The translations under genes were made by a program, and so were the position numbers. 64,000 nucleotides of DNA, taken from a bacterium. GTDB taxonomy: Bacteria; UBA8248; JACPRG01; G963555815. The notes under the pieces were generated by a model, which was not told where the DNA came from, ran no database searches, and saw nothing but the letters and a program-made list of their open reading frames with translations. Shown here in pieces: positions 48,773-58,847 of this stretch (the first letter of the stretch is position 1; each line of letters starts with the position of its first letter). The stretch is taken from assembly GCA_965218795.1 (NCBI GenBank), contig OZ244653.1, positions 4,224,001 to 4,288,000 on the forward strand, in the 5' to 3' direction.

Positions 48773-50311
48773 CTATTCCGTTCGGGTTCCTTTGAACCCC
48801 AAGGCCCGCAGGCTCTGACGCGCTTCCTCTCGATCGTCGAAGGCGATGACTTTCTGCCCGACGATCTGATAGTTCTCGTGTCCCTTTCCCGCGATGACGA
48901 CGCCGTCGCAGGGCCCCGCCTTTCGCAGGGCCCGGCGAATCGCTTCCCTTCGGTCCACGCACATCTCATATCGGCCCCGGTTCGGCCCGAGGCTGAGGAT
49001 CCCGGGCTCGATGTCGGCCAAGATGGCCTCGGGGTCTTCGGTACGCGGATTATCTGAAGTGACGACCACGTCGTCGGCGATCTCCGCCGCTGCGGCCCCC
49101 ATGCGGGGCCGCTTGGTGCGGTCTCGGTCTCCGCCGCAGCCCATCACGGCGATCAAACGGCCGTCGATGACCTCTGCTGCGGTTTGAAGGACCCGCCGCA
49201 GCGCATCCTCCGTATGAGCGTAATCTACGACCACCAGAAAAGGCTGTCCCATGTCGATTCGCTCGAACCGCCCGGGGGCGTTTTCGAGCCGCCCCAACCC
49301 CTCCGCCACGACGTCCGGCGGAATACCCAGCGAGAGGGCGGTGGCCGCGGCCGCGAGCGCGTTGGAAATATTGTGGCGTCCAGTCAGGCGCAGGCGGACG
49401 GGTACCTTCACCCCGGGGGTGGACATCCGGAATCGCAGGCTTGAGCCGTCGCTCATCACATCCTCGGCCCGAACGTCCGCTTCAGGGGTCAGCCCGAAGG
49501 TGAGCCCTGCTGCTCCGGACGGCTGTTCCTTCACATCAGCCCAGAGCCGGGCACCGTGGGGATCATCCAGGTTGACGACGGCCCGGCCGACCGGATAATC
49601 CAAAAACAGCGAGCGCTTGGCCTGGTAATACGCCTCCAGGTTCTCGTGAAAGTCCAGGTGGTCCTGCGTCAGGTTTGTAAACACAGCGGCCTCGAACGCG
49701 GTTCCCCTCACCCGCCGCAGCGAGATACCGTGGGAGGAGACCTCCATCAGGCAGAATTCCACATCAGCGTCGGCCATCTCCCGGAGGACGCCTTGAAGAT
49801 CGGGCGCCTCGGGGGTCGTCTGGCCCGCGGGACGCTCGATCCGATCCCCTGGACGGGTCCCGAACTCCCACCTGTAGGCGATCGTTCCGATGACGCCGGT
49901 TGTTCGGCCGGCCGTCCGTAAGATAGATTCCGCCAAGTATGTCCAGGTGGTTTTCCCATTGGTTCCGGTCACGCCGACGACGCGGAGCCGGCCGGAGGGA
50001 TGCTCATAAAAACGGTCTGCAACGTGCGCCAGGGCTTCGCGAATGTCCGGAACCTCCGCTACGGCGACCGAGGCGTTCAGGCCCCGGGCCTTGGCGTCGG
50101 CCAAGTTGCGAACCATCAATCCCGCCGCCCCCCGCCGGACCGCCTCTTCCAGAAAGTGTTGGCCGTCAGTCCGCGTCCCCGGGACGGCGATGAACAAATC
50201 TCCGGAGTTGACTTTGCGGGAGTCGTAAGCGATTCCCGTGATGTCGGCATCCAGAGGCCCGGAGACCGGCAGATCACCCAGCCCCGCCAGGAGTTGATTG
50301 AATCGGACCAT
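48773..50311 (-). CDS. murE: UDP-MurNAc-dipeptide--meso-DAP ligase
   Basis: GTNGKTT, TTPE, DYAH, DNPR (DAP-type), GKGHE. Confidence 0.96.
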   Translation of the reverse strand: MVRFNQLLAGLGDLPVSGPLDADITGIAYDSRKVNSGDLFIAVPGTRTDGQHFLEEAVRRGAAGLMVRNLADAKARGLNASVAVAEVPDIREALAHVADRFYEHPSGRLRVVGVTGTNGKTTWTYLAESILRTAGRTTGVIGTIAYRWEFGTRPGDRIERPAGQTTPEAPDLQGVLREMADADVEFCLMEVSSHGISLRRVRGTAFEAAVFTNLTQDHLDFHENLEAYYQAKRSLFLDYPVGRAVVNLDDPHGARLWADVKEQPSGAAGLTFGLTPEADVRAEDVMSDGSSLRFRMSTPGVKVPVRLRLTGRHNISNALAAAATALSLGIPPDVVAEGLGRLENAPGRFERIDMGQPFLVVVDYAHTEDALRRVLQTAAEVIDGRLIAVMGCGGDRDRTKRPRMGAAAAEIADDVVVTSDNPRTEDPEAILADIEPGILSLGPNRGRYEMCVDRREAIRRALRKAGPCDGVVIAGKGHENYQIVGQKVIAFDDREEARQSLRALGFKGTRTE

Positions 50312-50340
50312 CACTCGGCGCTTCTTCCAGCCGACCCCTG

Positions 50341-52107
50341 CTACGCTGTGCCGGGCCGGGCCTCCCCCCGAAAACTGGGAGGGCGGGGCCGGAAGCCCGG
50401 CCCCGAGGCGCGCAATTGCGGTTCTCCGGACGGAGGAATCCGCAGATAACGGAGAGTCTTTTCGGCGATTTCTCGGAAGACGGGCGCGGCAATGACCCCT
50501 CCGTACGTATGCGTCTTGGGGTGGTCGATCGAGACGAAGATCACGACCCGCGGGCGCTCCACGGGTGCGAAGCCGACAAAGGAGGCCACGAACCGTTCCT
50601 TGGAATAGGCGCGGGTGGCCGGGTCGATCTGCTGGGCCGTGCCCGTTTTCCCGGCGGCGGAATAACCTCGCGGCCGCGCCGCCTTTCCGGTACCGTGCTC
50701 GACGACGCCGGCGAGCATTCTTTTCAGTGTTCGTGCCGTGCGTGCGGAGAGGACCCGGCGGACGATTTTCGGAGCGAAAACGCGAACCGCTTGGCCTTGA
50801 TCCCGAATGAGCCTGACGATGCGGGGACGCATCAGGTAGCCGCCGTTGGCGACCGCCGCATAGGCCATCGCCACTTGCAGGACGGTGGCGGCTACCTCTT
50901 GTCCGATGGGAACCGCGGCGATTGAGCCGCGCGTCCAATCCTTCGTTTTTCTTACCAGTCCTGGGGATTCCGAAGGCAGTCCCGAGCGCGTCGATACGCC
51001 GAACCCGAAGCGGCGAATGGTACGGTAGAGCCTTTCCGGCCCCATCTTTTCCGCAATCTGGATCGTGCAGATGTTGCTGGAGACCTGGAGCACCCGCGCG
51101 ACGGAAAGTTTGCCGTAGGGATGGACGTCGCGGACGGTCCGTCCGCCGATGCGGTAGCGTCCCTTCCGGCAGTCGAACCGATCCCGCGGAGAGGTTCCAC
51201 GCCTCTCCAGGTAGGCCGCCATGGTAACGAGCTTGAACGTCGACCCCGGCTCGAACACCGTGGTAATGCCCGGTATTCCGCGGCTCCCGCTCGGAGCGTT
51301 GCGAAAGCGGTTGGGGTTGAAGCCTGGGGAAGCGGCCAGGGCCAGGATTCTCCCCGTATCCGGCTCCAGGACAAGGGCGGTTCCCGACTTCGCCCGGGTT
51401 TTTTCCAACGCCCGGTCTAGTGCGGACTCGGCAAAGTACTGAACGGCTTCATCAATGGTGAGAACCAGGTCTGAGCCCCGCCGGGGCGGTTGTTGCAGCA
51501 TCTCGAGGGGATACAGGTTCCGACCGCGGCCGTCGCGGGAGACCCGGATGCTGTCGGAGACCCCGCGGAGGTAGGGGTCATACGCATACTCCAGGCCCTC
51601 GAGGCCTTTGTTGTCAACACCGACGAATCCCAGTAAAAGGCCACCCAGCGAGTCCTTCGGGTAATAACGCTTGCCCCCGGAAACCGTTCCAACCCCCGCG
51701 AGCTTCAGTTTACGCACGCGCTTGGCCTCTTGGAGGGTCGTTTGGCGCTTCAGCCAGACAAATGGCTGCTTCGACGCCATCTTCTTTCGGGTTTCCGGTT
51801 CGGGCAGCGAGAGTGCTTCGGAGAGGAGCCGGGCTGCGGCAGGCGGCCTTGCCAGGGCGGCCGGCCGTACAAAGACGGAATCAGCAAGAACGCTCAGGGC
51901 AAGCGTCCGACCCCGCTGATCCAAAATGGTCCCACGCTGAGGCTGGATGGGAACACTCTTCGTATACTGCCGCAAAGCCCGGCCCAGGGTGAGCGAATTG
52001 GGTGTCACCTGCAGCTGATAGAGCCGCACGGCGACCGTGCATAATCCTGCGATCAGCAGGGTGAGGAATATCTTTTGACGTCGCCGGAAAGGTTCCAGGG
52101 TTTTCAA
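50341..52107 (-). CDS. ftsI: class B penicillin-binding protein FtsI
   Basis: GSTFK, SSN, KTG motifs; TTG start overlapping the ftsL stop. Confidence 0.95.
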   Translation of the reverse strand: MKTLEPFRRRQKIFLTLLIAGLCTVAVRLYQLQVTPNSLTLGRALRQYTKSVPIQPQRGTILDQRGRTLALSVLADSVFVRPAALARPPAAARLLSEALSLPEPETRKKMASKQPFVWLKRQTTLQEAKRVRKLKLAGVGTVSGGKRYYPKDSLGGLLLGFVGVDNKGLEGLEYAYDPYLRGVSDSIRVSRDGRGRNLYPLEMLQQPPRRGSDLVLTIDEAVQYFAESALDRALEKTRAKSGTALVLEPDTGRILALAASPGFNPNRFRNAPSGSRGIPGITTVFEPGSTFKLVTMAAYLERRGTSPRDRFDCRKGRYRIGGRTVRDVHPYGKLSVARVLQVSSNICTIQIAEKMGPERLYRTIRRFGFGVSTRSGLPSESPGLVRKTKDWTRGSIAAVPIGQEVAATVLQVAMAYAAVANGGYLMRPRIVRLIRDQGQAVRVFAPKIVRRVLSARTARTLKRMLAGVVEHGTGKAARPRGYSAAGKTGTAQQIDPATRAYSKERFVASFVGFAPVERPRVVIFVSIDHPKTHTYGGVIAAPVFREIAEKTLRYLRIPPSGEPQLRASGPGFRPRPPSFRGEARPGTA

Positions 52108-52436
52108 CGTCCCATTCCGTCGGAATCGGCCTGCCTCTGGGCCCGGACCCAAATGACCTGTCCCGGTTTCGGGTCGGTCAGGCCCAGGCGCTCACGGGCG
52201 ACGGCCTCAATTCTGCGCAGGGATTGTAGTCTCGCGCGCGTCAGGCGAAGGCGGCGGTTTTCCCTGAGAAGCTCGGTCTGCTGAACGCGCAGCGAGCGGT
52301 ACTCGTAACGCAACCGGAGGTCGTGAAGCCGCGGCCAGGCCAGGGCGACGGCCGCGGCCGCCAGAATCGGCACACAAACCAGAACGTACCATCGGCCGTC
52401 CTGCCCCCTCCGTGTCAGGAAGCGGAATCCCTTCAA
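52104..52436 (-). CDS. ftsL: cell division protein FtsL
   Basis: TM plus coiled coil, RIEAVARERLGL; between rsmH and ftsI. Confidence 0.85.
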   Translation of the reverse strand: MKGFRFLTRRGQDGRWYVLVCVPILAAAAVALAWPRLHDLRLRYEYRSLRVQQTELLRENRRLRLTRARLQSLRRIEAVARERLGLTDPKPGQVIWVRAQRQADSDGMGR

Positions 52437-53410
52437 TTGTTATCCCTCCGCTCGGCCGCGCGGAACAGCGCGCTCCGGCACCGCGGATTCTCCCGGATCT
52501 CCGGTTCGCCCGGTTTCAATGGTCTTTTCGTCAGGATGTCGAGAATTCGGGGCCCCTCCGTCCCGGTCAGGGGGAACCGCCCGCCATTGTCATTTCCGGT
52601 CGCCAGCCTGCGGAAGGTCTGCTTGACCAGCCGGTCCTCGAGGGAATGGTAGGAGATGGCGACGATTCTTCCTCCCGGCCGAAGCCGTTCAGCGGCGGAC
52701 TCCAGAGCGTTCGGTATCGCGTCAAGCTCGTTGTTCACGGCGATCCGAAGGGCCTGAAATGTCCGCGTGGCCGGGTGACGCTGGGTCGGCCAGTACCGGG
52801 AAGGGATAGACGAGGCGACAATCGCGGCCAGTTCCGCGGTCGTCTTGATGGAAGACTTCCGCCGGATGTGCACGATGTTTCGGGTAATACGCTTGGAGAA
52901 CCTTTCTTCGCCAAAGGTCCGCAGGATTCCGTTCAGGTCCGCTGCGGAAAGCTTGTTCACCAGGGTCGCGGCCGTGGTCTCCTGGTCCCGGTCCATTCGC
53001 ATGTCCAACGGGCCCGGATGTGTCCATCCGAACCCGCGGTCGGGCTCGTCGACCTGCGGGGAGGACATGCCGAAGTCAAAGAGGACGCCGTTGATTTCCC
53101 GGATTCCGAGGTCGTCCAAGGCGGCCGCGAGGTTCGAGAAGTTCTCTTTGACCAAGTGGACCCGTGCCCCGAACCGCGCGAGCCGGCTGGCGGTGGATTC
53201 CAGGGCCTCCGCGTCACGGTCGATTCCGATGAGCCGGGCGCCGTCTCCGACCGCCTCCAGGATGGCCTCGGTATGACCGCCGTAACCGACCGTCGCGTCC
53301 AGGTAGTCGCCCGATACGGGACGCAGGAATTCCAGGGTGCGATCAACCATGACGGGCTTATGGAGGGCATGTCCGGTCATGATGTCGATTTCCGCGGTTG
53401 TGGTTGCCAT
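52433..53410 (-). CDS. rsmH: 16S rRNA m4C1402 methyltransferase
   Basis: HKPV, DATVGYGGH, LDMRM, FQALRIAVN, SYHSLED. Confidence 0.97.
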   Translation of the reverse strand: MATTTAEIDIMTGHALHKPVMVDRTLEFLRPVSGDYLDATVGYGGHTEAILEAVGDGARLIGIDRDAEALESTASRLARFGARVHLVKENFSNLAAALDDLGIREINGVLFDFGMSSPQVDEPDRGFGWTHPGPLDMRMDRDQETTAATLVNKLSAADLNGILRTFGEERFSKRITRNIVHIRRKSSIKTTAELAAIVASSIPSRYWPTQRHPATRTFQALRIAVNNELDAIPNALESAAERLRPGGRIVAISYHSLEDRLVKQTFRRLATGNDNGGRFPLTGTEGPRILDILTKRPLKPGEPEIRENPRCRSALFRAAERRDNN

Positions 53411-53458
53411 CTGTGAATTCCTGTCGCCCCTCGCGGGTCCGTATGGGGACGTGTCCCC

Positions 53459-53896
53459 CTAAAATCCGATTCCCGCCGCGGCTGCGATTTCCACCATCCG
53501 ACCCTGAGCGGGCTGGACCTCCTGCTCCCAACGGTCCCGGCTCCAGACCTCGAACTTGACGCCAATGCCGGACATGAGAACCTCTTTCTCCAGCCCGGCG
53601 TCTGTCCGTAGATGTTCCGGGATGAGGATTCGGCCCTGGCCATCCACTTGGCAATCCGCCGCGTTGGCGTAAAATATCCGCAGGAAGTTGCGGACGTCCT
53701 CCTGGCTGGTGTCCAGCTCGCGGGCTCGCCGCTCCACTTCCTGCCATTCGTCCATCGGGTAGGCCACCAAACAGCGGTCCCAGAGGGTGATGACCAGTTG
53801 GTTGGACCCCCGGACGCTGAGGCTCTCCCGGAATTTGGCGGGCACACTGATCCTGCCTTTGGGATCCAATTTGACTTGGTGTTTCCCGATGAACAT
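53459..53896 (-). CDS. mraZ: division/cell wall cluster repressor MraZ
   Basis: two DxxGR motifs (DPKGR, DGQGR). Confidence 0.96.
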   Translation of the reverse strand: MFIGKHQVKLDPKGRISVPAKFRESLSVRGSNQLVITLWDRCLVAYPMDEWQEVERRARELDTSQEDVRNFLRIFYANAADCQVDGQGRILIPEHLRTDAGLEKEVLMSGIGVKFEVWSRDRWEQEVQPAQGRMVEIAAAAGIGF

Positions 53897-53906
53897 GAGT
53901 GGGGTT

Positions 53907-53973
53907 CTCCACTTCTTCCCACTTTATGGAAAAATTCACCACCGATGATGGCAGGATGACAAAAAGTTGTCAA
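53907..53973 (-). promoter_or_regulatory. dcw promoter with MraZ-box-like repeats
   Basis: TTGACA-N17-CATCAT with extended TG (53973-53945); GTGGGA and GTGGAG repeats 10 bp apart (53922, 53912). Confidence 0.7.
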
Positions 53974-54718
53974 GCGGAATTCAAGCGATTTACCAACTTT
54001 TGATAAACAAAAGTAAAACGAAAATCTCGGATTGTTTTTTTCGGATCTACCCTGCGAGGTTCGAAACTCGATAACAGCGGTCACGGGTTTATTCTCATTC
54101 TTACAACGGAATCTTGTAATCCTTGGATAAAAAAGGGCCTCGTTCCGCTATGCCCATGCCCATCACGATTTCCTGAATGTCTTATATCTAATTGAAAATA
54201 TGTCGATGATTGGATTGTGGGCAATGGCCGAATGATTATCGGTCTCCCCTCTCCTCCTTCATATCATCGCAAGCGGCATAGCACTGCCCGGCCCCTCGAA
54301 AATCGATCAGATCCCTCCCGACGAATGATTGGGGGAATCCAACCTCCCTTTGCTTTCTTGATTTGAGTCGAGGAGGGACAGCTTCGTTCTGAAAAATTTC
54401 GGTGGGATGATGAAAGGAAAAAGGACGGAGGGGGAGGCTCGCTTCTCCCCTCCGTTCATAGGGACAAATTCTTGAAGATCCCCGCTATTTCTTCTTAGGT
54501 GGGGCGCGCCGAACTTTTCGAACGGCGGGCAAGGGCTTCAGCCACCGCAGAAGACCGTTTTCTCCTCGATCGGGTGGGTCAAGGTCGCCCCAGGCCGCCT
54601 GGCCCGCAAGGGCCCGCGCGCTCAAGGAGACCTGTTCCCGTCTGGCCGGAGGCCGTCCAATGCGCGGCGACGAATCCTGTGCATCGCCTGTTCATGAGAT
54701 CTCCCCCGAGGCAAGGTT

Positions 54719-55483
54719 TCATTCGAAAATATAGCTGAACTGCTCCGCCGTTCCCTTTTCCTCATGCCAATCGGGCGATTCGATGGACTGGCCCGTTTCT
54801 TCCATCTCTGTAAGGATGTAGAGTAGCGGCCCGACGGTGTGGTCGGGGTTCCAGCACTGCTGGCCGACGAAGTAGCCCCTCGGAGAGTTCCGCTGAAAGT
54901 AGGTATACGCGAGTCCCGGGCAAAGGGCATTCACGCGGATGTTGTGCTCTTTCTCCGTCACGGAGAGGCACCACGTGATCCCCTCGACCGACCATTTGGT
55001 GGATATGTATGGAATGCTTCGGATGTGCGAGAAGCCATAGCGGGCCGTCGTGGAAGATATGTTGACGATGTGACCCGCCTTCTGTTCCCTCATGTGAGGC
55101 AGGACCTCCCTTGTGCAGAGGAAGACTCCGTTCACGTTGACCTGGTAGACTGCTTTCCATTCTTCATAGCCCGCCTCGACGAAGTCGCCGCTCGGCCCCG
55201 ACACCCCGGCGTTGTTCACCAAAACGTCAATCCGCCCGAACTGGCCGATGGTTTTCCGGACCATGTCCCCCACCTGTTCTTCGTCGGACACATCAGCTTC
55301 CACAGCCAGAGCCGATCCTCCTGCGGATGCGATCGTGTCCGCGACCCGTTCTGCTTCCTCCATGTCCCGGTCCACCACCGTGACGTTGGCCCCCTCCGCG
55401 GCGACGCCCTTGCTCATGTTCTCGCCGAAGCTGCGTCCGCCCCCCGTTATGATGACGGTCTGCCCCTCCAATTTGCCGCCCAT
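54719..55483 (-). CDS. SDR family oxidoreductase
   Basis: TGGGRSFG, VNNAG, YISTK; AAGGAG SD. Confidence 0.9.
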   Translation of the reverse strand: MGGKLEGQTVIITGGGRSFGENMSKGVAAEGANVTVVDRDMEEAERVADTIASAGGSALAVEADVSDEEQVGDMVRKTIGQFGRIDVLVNNAGVSGPSGDFVEAGYEEWKAVYQVNVNGVFLCTREVLPHMREQKAGHIVNISSTTARYGFSHIRSIPYISTKWSVEGITWCLSVTEKEHNIRVNALCPGLAYTYFQRNSPRGYFVGQQCWNPDHTVGPLLYILTEMEETGQSIESPDWHEEKGTAEQFSYIFE

Positions 55484-55524
55484 AGCTGGATACTCCTTTC
55501 GCCGTTTCATGTTGGGTTTTCTGC

Positions 55525-56706
55525 TCAGGACGCCTGGGCCTGGATCTCCCGGTGGATCTCCAGCATTTGATCCGTGTTGGCGGAAACGGGATATCGTTCC
55601 GCAAGGGCGCGGGCCGCAGCCCCCATTCGCGTTCGGACATCCTCGTCGAGCAGAGACTCGAAATACCCGGCCATGGCATCCACGTCCTCGGCCTGTTCGA
55701 GGATGTAACCGTTTTCGCCTTGGGTCAGAATCTCCGCGGCCCCGCAGGCCCGGCTGACGATGCAGGGAAGTCCGCTGGCCAATGCCTCCAGGCAGGCGAA
55801 GCCGAACGGTTCGTAGAGCGACGGCAAACAGAACAGGTCGGCCGCGCGGTAGACGTCCGGCGGGTGTTCATCGGCAGCCGTGAAACGTACGTTCTTTCCC
55901 ATCCCCCATCGCTCCGCCATCCGGGCGGCTCCCCCCCGCCCCCCGGGCCTTCCCATCGAGACAATGCAAATCTTCGCGCCGCGACCCTTGAGGACCGCGC
56001 CCGCCCGGAGCAGATTTGCAAATCCCTTCCGGAAAATCCCCGACCCGACGAAAAGGATCGCAACGTCGTCGGGGGCAAGGCCGAGCCGCTTCCGCAGCCG
56101 GTTTTTCTCTTCCGGGCCTTGGGCAGGTGAGAATTGCTCCGAATCCACGCCATTGTAAATGACTTTGATGTGTTCTTCATCAATGCCGGTCCCGTCGGTT
56201 CCTCCATAATGTCGGAGGATATCCTCCCGTACCCGTTGGGAAATTGCGACGACGCGGGGAGAGAGAGCCCCGGAAAAGAGCCGGCGCTCCACGCCGAGGT
56301 GGAAGGCGTGAACCGGGTCCAACCGGTGGCGTATCCGGGCCACCGGAGGCAGATTCCGGGCCGCCACCCGTAGCCATTCGCGGTGACACCCCTCGCCCGC
56401 GCGGTAGATCCCGTGGATGGGCACGCGGTCAAAATTGAAGATCGCGTTGAAGGACTCTCCCCGAAGGGCGGCGATGGCGCCCCGGGCAAAGCTGCGCGCC
56501 TTGGACGCGGAAAGTCCGCCCATTCGCCCCACGGGCCGGCGAACGACCGCGGACGGGAGCCCTTCCCAGCGCCGTGCGAACAGGTAGACTTCGTGACCCC
56601 GGGCGGCCAGGTCTCGAGCAAATCCCCAGACGTACCGTTCTACGCCGCCGCGGCGGTGGACGGCGTTGCGCACAAGGGCGATTCGCAGGATTCGATCAGT
56701 GTTCAT
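55525..56706 (-). CDS. GT4 glycosyltransferase, WaaG/RfaG-like
   Basis: GGVERY, VGSG..RKG, EPFG...LEA. Confidence 0.88.
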   Translation of the reverse strand: MNTDRILRIALVRNAVHRRGGVERYVWGFARDLAARGHEVYLFARRWEGLPSAVVRRPVGRMGGLSASKARSFARGAIAALRGESFNAIFNFDRVPIHGIYRAGEGCHREWLRVAARNLPPVARIRHRLDPVHAFHLGVERRLFSGALSPRVVAISQRVREDILRHYGGTDGTGIDEEHIKVIYNGVDSEQFSPAQGPEEKNRLRKRLGLAPDDVAILFVGSGIFRKGFANLLRAGAVLKGRGAKICIVSMGRPGGRGGAARMAERWGMGKNVRFTAADEHPPDVYRAADLFCLPSLYEPFGFACLEALASGLPCIVSRACGAAEILTQGENGYILEQAEDVDAMAGYFESLLDEDVRTRMGAAARALAERYPVSANTDQMLEIHREIQAQAS

Positions 56707-56751
56707 TTCTTGAACATCATGGAATGGATTCTTCCTGTCTCAGCCGGCTGA

Positions 56752-57003
56752 TCATATCCGGCAGTCTTTCAACGCGATGACGATGCGCGTGCTCCCGCTG
56801 CGCCCGTTCATGGCTTTGCGGGCCATCTCCGAGGTCTTCTCCGGCTGGGAGAAGTAGTGTTCGATCTTATGCCGCAACTCCTCACGATTGCGGTAGGTGG
56901 CGACTTCTTTACCCGGCTCAAAGAAGTCCCCGATGTCCTCCTTGTGGTTCACCAGGAGGAATCCGCCACCGGCTTGGTCGTGCGTGGCGATGAGGAATTT
57001 CAT
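56752..57003 (-). pseudogene. C-terminal fragment of a CgeB-like glycosyltransferase
   Basis: GGFLL...FFEPGKEV..Y...EEL..KI.HY only; N-terminal part absent. Confidence 0.6.
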
Positions 57004-58178
57004 CGGACTTCAGCCAGGAGAGCGCGGATCCGCCTCTCCAGCTCCTCGGCCATGAGCGCGTTTCCTGCGGGGGTGAAATGACCGTCCTTGTCGTAGAAAA
57101 GATCCGCGGCATCGGGCCGCCGGAATGCGGGCCGCAGATCCCAACAGGAAATCCCCGCCTTCCCGCAGAGCGAGAGAAGGTCTTCGAACAGGCTTCCCTC
57201 GTACACCTTACCGCAAGCGAAATAGGATTTTCTCCGTCCTTTGCACCAGGCCATCGGGTGGATCATGTGTCCTGTCGGGTGAATGGAAAGCGCGAATCTC
57301 ATTCCATTCGCTTCGGCCATGTTTCGGATCCAGGCGATGTACGTCAATGTCCGTCCCACCTGCTCCCGTTAAACCGCTCCCGGATTCGGGCCCAGCCGCG
57401 TCCAGCCGTATTTGTCGTATTCGATATCGCCCAGCCGCTTGCGCACCCACGGCTTGTGCGTCCTCCGAATCCAGTGCCAGACCCCGCACCTGAGAAGGTA
57501 AATGTCGCGCCAGGGCGGGCCCGGGAGGGATTCCAGGAAGTGACGGCCGCAGGTCGGGTAGGGCGGAAGGAGGCCCTCATGTCCCACCCGGAGAAGTTTT
57601 CCATCTCCATCCTGAACGGCGCCCTTTTCGTAGAAATGGTCGTCCGCGAAGTCCGACCCGTCGAAGTTGAGCAGGACAAAGTCCCCCGGCAGCTTGTCCA
57701 CGAATTCCTTGAGCCGGAGGAACTCCAGCAGGGGCGAGAAACTCGCGACGCCGAGATTCGCCACTTCATAAGTGATGCCCTCCTTCGGCGGACGCGCGTT
57801 CAGGCGGTGCTCGAGCCGCTTGATGAAGCTATCCGCCAGATCGGAGGAGTAGCCTTCCGTAAAGGAATCTCCCAAGGCCAGGATGCGGTAGGTCGAGGAC
57901 GGCTTTGCGCGGGGGTATCCCCGATCGCGCATCCCCAGGGAGTTGATTTGGTAGGAGGCGCGGAATTCTCCCTTGGCGGTGTTGGTTCCGGACGCACCCG
58001 GGACCAGTCCGTGATGGTAAACGGGGTGGTGCCGGCGAAATGGGGGCATCTTGTGACGGCCGACGATTCGGATCGAACGGGAGTCCTTGTATCGAAGGAC
58101 GGCCTCGCCGATCCCAAGGGCGATACAAATCGACAAGGCCAGCAACAGAAGATTCTTGGCTCGATTGGACAGGGACAC
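57000..58178 (-). pseudogene. SGNH/GDSL hydrolase-like protein interrupted by an in-frame TAA (57371-57369)
   Basis: NSLGMRD, LGDSFTEG and the C-terminal DGHFTPAG lie in the same frame either side of the stop. Confidence 0.75.
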
Positions 58179-58187
58179 GGGGCGGAT

Positions 58188-58847
58188 TCAGTCGACTCGC
58201 CGGGCGCCGGGATTTCTTTTGGAGACGAGGAACTCTCCGAGAAAAAGGTGCGGCAGCCCCGACTTCTCAAAGGTCTCCACCGCCTCAGCCGGCGAGCAGA
58301 CGATGGGTTCTCCGTGAAGATTGAAAGATGTGTTCAGGACACCGCCCACCCCCGTCCGCTCTTCAAAGCGCCGCACGAGCCGATGATAGGCAGGATGGTC
58401 CGTCTCTCGCAGGATTTGGGGCCGCGCGGTCGCGTCATATGGATGGATGGCTGCGGGCAGGCATTCGCGTCCTTCGGGGGTGGTGTCAAAGGCCAGCATC
58501 ATGAAGGGGGATTGCAGCCCCTTTGGATTTTTCAAGTAGTCGAGTGCCCGCTCGGCCAGCACCGTCGGCGCGAAGGGCATCCAGAAATCCCTGCTTTTGA
58601 TCATCTTGTTGAGCCGGGCCACGACCCGAACATCACGGGGGTCCGCCAGGATGGACCGCGGTTCCCGAGTGCCCGCGCCTCCGTCCGGTAGAAAACCGAG
58701 GCAATAATCGACCGATTGGCGGGGGTATCCCCCTTCGTTCTTCCTCCGGGTGAACCGCTCCTCGCTCACGCAGGCGACGATTCGGCCGTCGACCAACAGG
58801 GCGGCGGTCGCGCAGTGGGAATCGGTAATCCCCAGAATGACCGTCAT
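58188..58847 (-). pseudogene. NodU/CmcH-type carbamoyltransferase with a large internal in-frame deletion
   Basis: N-terminal EERFTRRK joined directly to RSILADP...PFAP...LNTSFN; 219 aa, far shorter than a two-domain enzyme. Confidence 0.8.

Noticed and set aside
54490-54700. Small minus-strand ORF ending in TGA after the SDR, considered as a third Sec gene
   Set aside because: No redox motif around the TGA and no recognisable continuation
57369-57371. Stop-codon recoding in the SGNH gene
   Set aside because: The codon is TAA and is not at a Cys-like catalytic position; a nonsense mutation is simpler
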